Positions 1-7,670 are shown, counted from the stretch's first letter. The stretch is 13,675 nucleotides of DNA from Chthonomonadales bacterium (GCA_038217285.1 JBBQPO010000164.1:1-13675), one strand, 5' to 3'. Notes: generated by a model not told the origin, from the sequence alone. A program made the numbers and translations.

Positions 1-215
1 CCCTTTACCTTTGCAAGGGCGGCATCCGAGACGCGCCCCCAGGTGTAGTGAGGCAGAGTCTCGCCATAACCGACGATTCCCGGCGCGTCCGTCACGACAC
101 GTATGACCTCGGAGATACGCCACTGCCAGACCTCCCGTGCATTCCACTCCTGGCAGCGCGGAGTAAACGGCACATCGACCGTGATCCGCTCGACATCCGT
201 GATTCGAAGCGACAT
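1..215 (-). CDS. Mandelate racemase/muconate lactonizing enzyme (enolase superfamily) protein, N-terminal part, runs off the left edge
   Basis: Translated by hand from ATG at 215: MSLRITDVERITVDVPF...IRVVTDAPGIVGYGETLPHY. The 'ITDV' and 'VVTDxxGIVGYGE' segments are typical of the MR/MLE N-terminal domain. GGAAAG lies at 226-231 on the minus strand, and the start is 7 bp after the stop of the upstream gene. Confidence 0.75.
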   Translation of the reverse strand, partial: MSLRITDVERITVDVPFTPRCQEWNAREVWQWRISEVIRVVTDAPGIVGYGETLPHYTWGRVSDAALAKVK

Positions 216-222
216 GGCGTGG

Positions 223-1110
223 TTACTTTCCTATCAGGGTAAAGTTGTTGATGGTGTCCAGACTGTCCCGCACTCTCTTCAAACACTCCTCGACATAGGG
301 CATGGGATCGTCCGCATGCTCTTCATACTCCAACGACAACAGGCCGCGCTTCGGATAACCGAACTTGATGAGTTCCTTGAGGAAGATATTGACATCCAGA
401 GCGCCTTTGCCAAGTTCCGTAAAGGACTTCTTATCGCCGGGTCCGACCTTTACGTCCTTGAGGTGGACACCGTAGACGCGGGTGCCGAACTGCGCCGCCG
501 CGACTTCAGGCCGCTCATCGGAGAGCAGATAGTGCCCGGTATCGATGCAGGCCCCGATGCGCTCGTTGTGTCCCTTCAGCGCATCGACCTCTTTCTGAAT
601 CTTGTCGTACAGGTTGTCGCCGGGGCCGTGGTTGTGGATAGCGAGGTTGATCTTATATTCGTCCACCAGTTTATCCAGAAGCGGGAACGAGTCCAACGAA
701 GGATAGGCCGACATCGTTCGGATCCCCATCGCCTTTGCGAAGGTGAACTTTTTGCGGGCGTCTGCTTCGTTATTGGAGAAACCCACCACACCGTAAGTCG
801 GCATGGTGATGCCGTTCGCGGCCAGCTTCTCTTTGTAGAGCGCGATCTGTTTAGGGTCGTCCGTGATGGGCAGATGGCCGTCCCAGCCTTCCCAGTGCGT
901 CAGTCCGGCCGCCTTCGTCTTGGCCAGCGCCTCGTCCAGCTTGAAGCCACGCAGTGTGTAAGACTGGATCGCCATTTTGAACGGTTTGTAGGCGTTTTTG
1001 GCGCGGCCGGCATGAGCGACAGTGGGCAGCAGCGCCAGCCCTGCCGCGCCGAGGGCGGCGTTGCGCAGCAACTCACGCCGTGAAAGATTCTCGTTGGATT
1101 CGTGTGTCAT
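223..1110 (-). CDS. Tat-exported sugar phosphate isomerase/epimerase (xylose isomerase-like TIM barrel)
   Basis: Start reassigned to ATG 1110 (MTHES...), with GAAGGGAG at 1121-1128. It has a twin-arginine signal (SRRELL...AHA) and the motifs AIHNH, CIDTGH, HLKD and LSLEYE of the AP-endonuclease-2/IolE-like fold. Confidence 0.85.
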   Translation of the reverse strand: MTHESNENLSRRELLRNAALGAAGLALLPTVAHAGRAKNAYKPFKMAIQSYTLRGFKLDEALAKTKAAGLTHWEGWDGHLPITDDPKQIALYKEKLAANGITMPTYGVVGFSNNEADARKKFTFAKAMGIRTMSAYPSLDSFPLLDKLVDEYKINLAIHNHGPGDNLYDKIQKEVDALKGHNERIGACIDTGHYLLSDERPEVAAAQFGTRVYGVHLKDVKVGPGDKKSFTELGKGALDVNIFLKELIKFGYPKRGLLSLEYEEHADDPMPYVEECLKRVRDSLDTINNFTLIGK

Positions 1111-1147
1111 CCTGGAAACACTCCCTTCGCTCAAACGATGCGCCGCG

Positions 1148-2341
1148 TTATACACGACGGGCGCGTTTGGAAACACTCTTCTGCGTCTGTGAGGCGCTCT
1201 GTCCGGAGGTGACGAACATACGCTCCAGGAGCTGGAAGAAGGCGTCTTTCTCCGCATTGCGCACAATGGCCTGCTCATGCGCTTCTGCCAGCGCGACCGG
1301 ATATCCGAAGCCCTTCCGGGCTTGATCGACGCATAACGTCTGCACCGCATTCATGAGGTCGATATCCTCTGCGACCCACTGCGGTATTTCACAGCGCGCG
1401 ATCTCCGTGCCGACATGCAGGTAGAAGAAACAGACCCGGTGCTGTGATCGGTAGGAATCGAGAATGTTCGACTCCGACCCGAAGACCGCCGAACGCTCGC
1501 CTTCACACAGGATCTCCGCGAACAGGTCGGCATCACGGACGCCTTCGGTCCCCGCGCAGTCTGGAGCGACAAAGTGCGGCCTGGGCCGGCTGCGATTCGG
1601 GCAGTGTCTGTCGCAGTTGGCTTCCGTGTGTGGGCAGTGCGCCACGCGAAGCGAGTTCACGACGTCCCGGCTCGCCGGTCGGCTGATGTAGCCGACGAGC
1701 GGTACGGAGATCTGCTCTAGCCGGTCGAAATGCTGATGCATCTGTTCCAGCGCCTCGCTCCGAAAACCGTCCGGCTCGGTTTCCAGCGTCCATAGAATGA
1801 GGCTGCCATCGAACAGGGCCAGAGCGGGACCAGCAGGCCGTGGCGCGGAAACCATGTCGGCCAGAGCGGCGAACTCGGCAAGTTGGCGGCGGACTCCGAG
1901 CCGTTTGCCGGCTATCGCGGTCAGTTCGCCTAGCGCCTCCGCTTCGGCGTCCTCCTCTGGAGGCGAAAGCACGGCGGACGAAGAGAGTTCCGCCCAGGCG
2001 TTGTCACCGTAATTCAGCACGATTCGGCTCACATTGAGCAGATAACAGAGCGCGATGTCATGCCGGTCCGAAACGATCTGAGAACCGTCCGACGCGAACA
2101 CCGTGTATTCCGACGGGCAAACGGAGGGGGAGACGACAGCATCGGGCCTCGCCTTCCAGTCGGCGACCAGCCACGAGGTTTTGCTGCCCTGAAGGCGCGG
2201 GCTCACGTCCTCCCAAATCGGGGCTGTCGTACGCAGTCGCCGCCCTGCTTCGGCAAGCGCAGTCAGCAGACGTTCCCGACCGCTCGCGCGTTCCACCGAA
2301 AAACTCTCGATCTGTGTGACAACCTGACTGAAATCGAGCAT
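1148..2341 (-). CDS. nurA: NurA-family DNA double-strand break repair nuclease
   Basis: Motifs ASDGSQ, LFDGSL, GYISRP and C-terminal GYPVALAEAHEQA are characteristic of NurA. RBS AAAGGA lies upstream. Confidence 0.85.
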   Translation of the reverse strand: MLDFSQVVTQIESFSVERASGRERLLTALAEAGRRLRTTAPIWEDVSPRLQGSKTSWLVADWKARPDAVVSPSVCPSEYTVFASDGSQIVSDRHDIALCYLLNVSRIVLNYGDNAWAELSSSAVLSPPEEDAEAEALGELTAIAGKRLGVRRQLAEFAALADMVSAPRPAGPALALFDGSLILWTLETEPDGFRSEALEQMHQHFDRLEQISVPLVGYISRPASRDVVNSLRVAHCPHTEANCDRHCPNRSRPRPHFVAPDCAGTEGVRDADLFAEILCEGERSAVFGSESNILDSYRSQHRVCFFYLHVGTEIARCEIPQWVAEDIDLMNAVQTLCVDQARKGFGYPVALAEAHEQAIVRNAEKDAFFQLLERMFVTSGQSASQTQKSVSKRARRV

Positions 2342-2374
2342 AGGTTCCTTTGACGACCGCGTGTTCCTGACTTC

Positions 2375-2403
2375 ATTTTAACACGCCGCCCGAACCGTGT
2401 CAA
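2375..2403 (-). promoter_or_regulatory. Sigma70-type promoter for nurA
   Basis: Minus strand reads TTGACA (2403-2398), 17 bp, TAAAAT (2380-2375), with an extended -10 TG. The -35 overlaps the pth stop codon. Confidence 0.7.
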
Positions 2404-2990
2404 CCAGGCGCGGCCTTCGGATCCGGTTTGTCCGAGAGGTTAAAACGGTTCATCGCCCTCTCGAATCCCTCGGCCAGAGCGCACTCGACGGCATCCGCCG
2501 ACCGCACATAGGCCTCTTCGATGAGAGGAATCTCCTCCTTCCGAAATCGACCCAGAACATGCCCGACCATTGCACCCGGTCGGGCCGCTCCGACTCCGAT
2601 CCGGATGCGCGGCACCTCCTGCGTGTGCAGGGTGGTGAGTATGCTGGTAAGGCCGTTGTGGCCCCCGGCAGAGCCTTGGAAGCGCAGTCTGATTCGTCCC
2701 GGCGCGAGCGCCACTTCATCCAGGATGACCCAGACGTCGGCGGGTTCGATTTTGTAGAAGCGCGTCATGGCCCCCACCGCCTCGCCAGACAGGTTCATAT
2801 ACGTCATCGGGCGCATCAGCATCACCTTCTCGCCACAAACGCTGCCTTCGCCATAGACCCCTTTGAAGTTTCTTTTACTGACGGCGATGTTATGTCGCCG
2901 CGCGAGCAGATCGATCACCTCGAATCCGACGTTGTGCCGTGTTCCCTCGTACTCCGAGCCGGGATTGCCGAGCCCCACGATCAGTTTCAT
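2400..2990 (-). CDS. pth: Peptidyl-tRNA hydrolase
   Basis: Start reassigned to ATG 2990: MKLIVGLGNPG...TRHNVGF...PMTYMNLSG...GSAGGHNGL...RIRIGVG. Confidence 0.97.
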   Translation of the reverse strand: MKLIVGLGNPGSEYEGTRHNVGFEVIDLLARRHNIAVSKRNFKGVYGEGSVCGEKVMLMRPMTYMNLSGEAVGAMTRFYKIEPADVWVILDEVALAPGRIRLRFQGSAGGHNGLTSILTTLHTQEVPRIRIGVGAARPGAMVGHVLGRFRKEEIPLIEEAYVRSADAVECALAEGFERAMNRFNLSDKPDPKAAPG

Positions 2991-3000
2991 TCCCCGTACC

Positions 3001-4212
3001 CTATTTCTTTGCCCGTACCCGCTTTTTCGGGGCGACAGGCGCGTTGCCGAGCAGTTTCCGGATCGGCTCCCGCAGCGTATCGAGAACGATGTATTCGCCT
3101 GTCTGAGTGTCACGGTAGTACCAGTGTTCCCAGCCGTTGCAGGAGGGTTTCCCGAGGCACTGCGCTGCGACCTTGTGAATGGAGCCGCGCAGGCTGCCAC
3201 AGACCACCGTCGCATCCTCCTGAACGTGGGCAAAATGCTCCGTACGGTCCAGGCGCAGTTCCGTGCCATACGCGATCAGGCCATGCTCCAGCAGCATTCC
3301 GAACGGCACCTTGATTTTGGGTGTGTCCAGCGGTGGTGGCAAGAGCTCGTCGGGAATCAGCGGCGGCACGACATGGCCGATGCGGTCCGCGGCCAGACGC
3401 GCGTAGTGCTCTTCGCGCTCGATCCCCACCCAGTTGCGGCCCAGCTTTTTTGCGACCGCTCCTGTCGTCCCAGTTCCAAAGAACGGGTCGAGCACGACAT
3501 CGCCCTTATTGGTGCAGGCGCGGATAATCCGGTGCAGCAGCGCTTCGGGTTTCTGGGTGTTATGGGCCTTCTCACCGTTATGTTTCAGGCGTTCGCCCCC
3601 CGTGCAGAGCGGAATATGCCAGTCGCTGCGCATCTGAAGGTCGTCGTTGCCCGCTTTCAACGTCTTGTAGTTGAAGGTATAGCCCGTCTGTTTTTCCGCC
3701 TTCGATACCCAGAGCAACGTCTCGTGCGCGTTGCAAAAACGCGTTCCGCGGAAATTCGGCATCGGATTGGTCTTCGTCCAGACGATGTCGTTCAGGATCC
3801 AGTAGCCGAGATCCTGAAGGATGGACCCGACGCGGTAGATATTATGATAGGATCCGATCACCCAGAGTGTGCCGTTGTCTTTCAGCACGGTGCGGCAGGC
3901 CGCCAGCCATTCCCTGGTGAAATGGTCGTACTCTTCCAGACTCAGAAACTTGTCCCAATCGTCATCGACGGCATCGACGTGCGTCATGTTCGGACGCCAT
4001 AACTCATGGCGCAACTGGAGATTGTAGGGCGGGTCCGCAAAGATGAGATCGACCGAGCCTGCTGGCAGGGTCTTCAACAGATCACGGCAGTCGCCTACGA
4101 GAACGGTGTTCAAGGGCAGATCGTCGAGGTTTTTTTCTCCGGACATAGTTCGTCTATTTGGCTCTTTCAAGGGGATTGTTTGGCGCGGTTTCGCGGTCAC
4201 GCCCTCCGACAT
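3001..4212 (-). CDS. ccrM: CcrM/M.HinfI-like beta-class N6-adenine DNA methyltransferase, predicted target GANTC, orphan
   Basis: DLIFADPPYNLQL precedes the SAM motif LDPFFGTGTT (beta order). It has the CcrM-typical blocks VDAVDDDWD, WVIGSYHNI, NPMPNFRGTRF.NAHETL, QMRSDW.IPLCTG.ER and TQKPEALL, plus the C-terminal domain GSIH...CNGW..W. RBS GAGGAG at 4229-4224; alternative start at 4146. Confidence 0.9.
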   Translation of the reverse strand: MSEGVTAKPRQTIPLKEPNRRTMSGEKNLDDLPLNTVLVGDCRDLLKTLPAGSVDLIFADPPYNLQLRHELWRPNMTHVDAVDDDWDKFLSLEEYDHFTREWLAACRTVLKDNGTLWVIGSYHNIYRVGSILQDLGYWILNDIVWTKTNPMPNFRGTRFCNAHETLLWVSKAEKQTGYTFNYKTLKAGNDDLQMRSDWHIPLCTGGERLKHNGEKAHNTQKPEALLHRIIRACTNKGDVVLDPFFGTGTTGAVAKKLGRNWVGIEREEHYARLAADRIGHVVPPLIPDELLPPPLDTPKIKVPFGMLLEHGLIAYGTELRLDRTEHFAHVQEDATVVCGSLRGSIHKVAAQCLGKPSCNGWEHWYYRDTQTGEYIVLDTLREPIRKLLGNAPVAPKKRVRAKK

Positions 4213-4278
4213 TCGCCAGGAATCTCCTCGTTTCCTCCCTTCTCCTGCGTCTTTAACTCTGTTTAATTGTCAGGGACT

Positions 4279-4354
4279 GAGTCCGAGTGAGTCTGGTTGA
4301 TTCCAACTGATTCTTACTGTGAGTCGTTCACACTCGCTGCGCGTTGCAGGAATC
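4279..4354. promoter_or_regulatory. Cluster of GANTC methylation sites
   Basis: GAGTC 4279, GAGTC 4289, GATTC 4299, GATTC 4309, GAGTC 4321, GAATC 4350. A further GAATC sits at 4220. Confidence 0.8.
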
Positions 4355-4495
4355 CAAAATATTTTTTTTCGTACCGGGGTAAACTTAAGGCGTCGCGAGC
4401 GTCGCAAACGACGTCGCCAAAAATATTCTACCCAAGACGACACTTTTTCGATGCCTGTCTCGTCGTCATGGGAGAAGGACATCACGGAATAGGCC

Positions 4496-5083
4496 ATGCC
4501 CACCGCTCCGATAGAGACGCATTGTGAGACACCGTACGAAAAACGTCTGGTCGCGCGCCTTCAGGCGGGCGAGGCCGAGGCGCTGAGCGCATTGTTCGAC
4601 CTGCATGTGGATCGCGTGTTCGCCTTTGCGCGTCACCTTATGGGCAGTCGCGAAGATGCCGAAGAAGTCGTTTCAGAAGCGTTCCTGAGAGCCTTTCAGC
4701 GTGCCGCCGCCTTTCGGGGCGAATGTCCTTTTCGGGGCTGGCTGTTCGGCATTACGCGCAACCTGTGCGTGGATCGGCTGCGACAGCCGCGCCTGATGCT
4801 GCTGGAGCCAGAGGCGTTCGAACGCCATACCGATGGAGGGCAGGCCGCCGCGCAGATGGAGACGGGTCTGGTGGTGCGCCAGGCTCTCGACCAACTGTCG
4901 GAAGAGCATCGACTGGTGCTGACCCTGTGCGATGTCGAAGAGTGGGATGCGCATGAAGTCGCGGCCATGCTCGAAAAGTCGCTGCCTGCTACCAAGTCAC
5001 TGCTGTACCGGGCGCGGCGCGCCCTGCGAACGCAGTTGACCACCCTGTGGGACGAAGAAGAGGAGATGCACGATGCGCTGTGA
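4496..5083 (+). CDS. ECF-type RNA polymerase sigma-70 factor (1)
   Basis: Region 2 (DAEEVVSEAFLRAF...FRGWLFGITRNLCVDRLR) and region 4 (LSEEHRLVL...EVAAML...TKSLLYRARRALR); 195 aa. Confidence 0.92.
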   Translation: MPTAPIETHCETPYEKRLVARLQAGEAEALSALFDLHVDRVFAFARHLMGSREDAEEVVSEAFLRAFQRAAAFRGECPFRGWLFGITRNLCVDRLRQPRLMLLEPEAFERHTDGGQAAAQMETGLVVRQALDQLSEEHRLVLTLCDVEEWDAHEVAAMLEKSLPATKSLLYRARRALRTQLTTLWDEEEEMHDAL

Positions 5084-5369
5084 AGAGATACGCTCGCTGC
5101 TCGACGCACATCTGGAGAATGAGCTGCCGGAGGAGTTGAATCGTCGGGTCGAGCGCCACCTCCTGCGGTGCCCCTCCTGCTCCTACGAGGCCCGGACTCT
5201 CGAACAGACCCGCGCCATGCTCCGCGAAGCCGTTCCGCCTGCCGTCACGACACCGGGCTTCCGAGAACGTGCGGTCGCGCGCCTCCTCGATGCCCTCCCC
5301 GAGCTGCACCCTGTACGCGACAGCGCTGCTGCCAGGCAGTGGTCCCTTCCGTTCTCGCGCGAGGAATAA
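5073..5369 (+). CDS. Soluble zf-HC2 (ZAS) anti-sigma factor
   Basis: MRCEEIRSLLDAHLENEL...HLLRCPSC contains HxxxCxxC. It overlaps the sigma stop by 11 nt, has RBS GAGGAG and shows no transmembrane segment. Confidence 0.88.
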   Translation: MRCEEIRSLLDAHLENELPEELNRRVERHLLRCPSCSYEARTLEQTRAMLREAVPPAVTTPGFRERAVARLLDALPELHPVRDSAAARQWSLPFSREE

Positions 5370-5449
5370 GCTGTTTCTAATGGTCTCCGTGAACCGTCCG
5401 CGTCCCTGCTGGCTCCATAACAGTGAACCGTTGAGGAAAGGGAACGCCT

Positions 5450-6055
5450 GTGAGAGAAAGCTGGCTGATATGGCGCATACGGCGAGGCGATAAGCGAGCC
5501 GGGGAGGAGTTTGTCGCTGCAAACTATCCTCGTATCTTTCGGCTGCTGCGCTTCCTGACGGGTCGAACGGACATTGCCGAGGATCTCACCCAGCAGACGT
5601 TCGTTCGGGCCTGGCAGGCTCTCCCCAACTTCCGGCATCAGTCGAGCCTTTCGACATGGCTGCACCGTATCGCCTACCATGAGTACACGCACTGGCTGCG
5701 TGACCGCCACGAACACGCCTCCCTCGACGCCGCCGTTCACCTTGCCGCTCCTCTGGCCTGCCACGAGTGGGAAACGCTCGTTTTGCCCCGGGCCCTTGCC
5801 CAGCTCACGCCGGAACACCGGGAGGCTTTTCTCCTCTATCATGTTCAGGAGTTCTCCATAGGGGAGGTCGCGGCTATCCTGGAGGTGCCGGGAGGCACTG
5901 TCAAGTCCCGACTTTTTACCGCCCGCCAGCGCCTCCGCGAACTCCTGGAAACGGAATCCGCGTCGGTCGAACTCGCTCTCCCCGCCCCGCGTCCTGCCAC
6001 CCTCGCGGTCGCGCCACCGCAGAAGGAGATTCTCCATGAACTGTCATCACATTAA
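5450..6055 (+). CDS. ECF-type RNA polymerase sigma-70 factor (2)
   Basis: GTG start with GAGGAAAGGG upstream. Region 2 (AEDLTQQTFVRAW...STWLHRIA) and region 4 (EVAAILEVPGGTVKSRLFTARQRLR). Confidence 0.92.
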   Translation: MRESWLIWRIRRGDKRAGEEFVAANYPRIFRLLRFLTGRTDIAEDLTQQTFVRAWQALPNFRHQSSLSTWLHRIAYHEYTHWLRDRHEHASLDAAVHLAAPLACHEWETLVLPRALAQLTPEHREAFLLYHVQEFSIGEVAAILEVPGGTVKSRLFTARQRLRELLETESASVELALPAPRPATLAVAPPQKEILHELSSH

Positions 6056-7670
6056 ACAGAGCGGCAAACCTGCCAGTTGGCTGCACTCCCTCGTCTGCCG
6101 CGATTGCCGAATGTCCCAGCGCACCGACGATCTCCTTGCCTTCGGCATTGTTCAACTGCGAAACCAGTCATTTACGCATTCTGCTCTCAATCGCACACTG
6201 GCCGCTCTGGAACTTTCTTCCATCAGGGAGGACTACGCCCGCCGGCAGCGTTTGCGCCAGCGAGCGCTCAGGCGTCTCACTGCCGCTGCGACCGTAATCG
6301 TGGGTATTATCGGTTGGCTGCATTATATGGATTGGATGCCTGCCGAACTGCCCAGTTCTGCTCCGCAACAAGAGACGAGTCGCTACACTGCGTTAGCGGC
6401 GCGAGTTGAAGGGCGAAACCGCAATTTCGGTCCGATCTTTAAGGCGATCCAGGTCCTGGAAGATCCCCCTAAATCGCACCCGGCTCTGCAAACCGATACG
6501 CTCGGTCGATTCGTCGCCGATAATGCGCCGTCGCTGCGTATACTGTGCGCAGACCTTACGACGCCGTATCACGAGAGAATCCTGCGCAGAAGTCAGGATC
6601 AAACCTTGGGTGTTTTCCGTGTCCAGCCTCTCTTCGCGCTGCTTCAGGCGGACGCCGTCTGGAAGGCCTCGCAGGGAGACCGCTCCGGGGGGATCGAAGC
6701 GGCGCTGAAACTGGTTGCGTTCAGCCAGAACATAGCGGGTGGAGGCTCTTACCTCACGCATCGGGTGGGAACAGAGTGGCAAAATCGAGGCCGGCGACTG
6801 GTGTGGCGCCTTCTGCCGGACATGTCGGCCGAAGAGGCGCTTCAGGCTTGTAAGCAGATGGAAGCAATACGGGAGCGCCATGCTCCCCTCCTCGCCATGT
6901 TAAGATGGGAGCGCGATTCGGGTGTGTCTGTACGACGGAACCTGCTTCTCACACCGGACTGGAGATGGAATATCGCGAATGATTTTGTACGGCGGGATTC
7001 GGTGCTGCCGGGGGTTGAACGTCTCCTGACGGCGGCCAGTCTCTACACGCTCAGCAACCGACGTATCCTACAGAACTACTACGCTGAAATGGACAAAGTC
7101 GAGACGGATTGGAGCAGACCTTATACTTCCGGTGATGCACTGCCGAGTGCCGAACCACGGGACCGAATCAATCAAATGCTTGAGTACGGCGGTGAGAACG
7201 CTGATCCTTCCAGCCCTGCCTTTCCAGGGCCCCGCTTCAGAGACGCCCAGAACGAAACGCAGAATGCACTGCTGGCTGCCGCCCTCGCGCTCCACGCCTA
7301 TCGCCTGGAGCACGGCGCTTATCCTCCCACCCTGCAGGCACTGTGCCCGAAGTATCTTTCCGAGGTTCCGGCAGACCCCTTCAAGCCAGAGACAGTTCTC
7401 CGCTATGTCCAGGCTCACGCCAAGTTCTTCTCCCAGGACGAAGCGACGCGGGTTGATGCGGGATCGAAATCGTTCGATGGGACCGTTACGTTCCCGCCGT
7501 ATCTGCTCTACTCAGTCGGGCCCGACGGTGTAGACCAGCACGGCGCCATCATCGTCCGAAAACCGCAGCCTTACAATCCGAAAGCTTCTTCGCAACCGAT
7601 GTCGTTCTCCGAAGCCTGCAGAGTTATGGCCGACAGCAAGGGTGATATCATAGCGGGAGTCAACTTCTGA
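6036..7670 (+). CDS. Putative membrane-anchored anti-sigma factor with N-terminal zinc motif and C-terminal GspG-like motif
   Basis: N-terminus MNC...HSLVCRDC contains HxxxCxxC, followed by one hydrophobic helix (LTAAATVIVGIIGWL) after an Arg-rich stretch. The C-terminus reads ALHAYRLEHGAYPPTLQAL.P.YL...PADPF...LYSVGPDGVD. It overlaps sigma 2 by 20 nt and has RBS AAGGAG. Confidence 0.7.
   Translation: MNCHHIKQSGKPASWLHSLVCRDCRMSQRTDDLLAFGIVQLRNQSFTHSALNRTLAALELSSIREDYARRQRLRQRALRRLTAAATVIVGIIGWLHYMDWMPAELPSSAPQQETSRYTALAARVEGRNRNFGPIFKAIQVLEDPPKSHPALQTDTLGRFVADNAPSLRILCADLTTPYHERILRRSQDQTLGVFRVQPLFALLQADAVWKASQGDRSGGIEAALKLVAFSQNIAGGGSYLTHRVGTEWQNRGRRLVWRLLPDMSAEEALQACKQMEAIRERHAPLLAMLRWERDSGVSVRRNLLLTPDWRWNIANDFVRRDSVLPGVERLLTAASLYTLSNRRILQNYYAEMDKVETDWSRPYTSGDALPSAEPRDRINQMLEYGGENADPSSPAFPGPRFRDAQNETQNALLAAALALHAYRLEHGAYPPTLQALCPKYLSEVPADPFKPETVLRYVQAHAKFFSQDEATRVDAGSKSFDGTVTFPPYLLYSVGPDGVDQHGAIIVRKPQPYNPKASSQPMSFSEACRVMADSKGDIIAGVNF

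Noticed and set aside
1148-4212. MTase plus NurA as a restriction-modification pair
   Set aside because: NurA is not a sequence-specific endonuclease, pth separates the two genes, and nurA appears to have its own promoter.
4223-4246. Three SD/GGA-like motifs in the MTase leader as CsrA sites
   Set aside because: A purine-rich leader is a sufficient explanation, and there is no hairpin-loop context to support it.
4278-4325. Periodic sequence considered as a CRISPR array or simple tandem repeat
   Set aside because: The units are only 10 bp with a 6-bp conserved core, there are no spacers or cas genes, and only the TGANTC positions are conserved.
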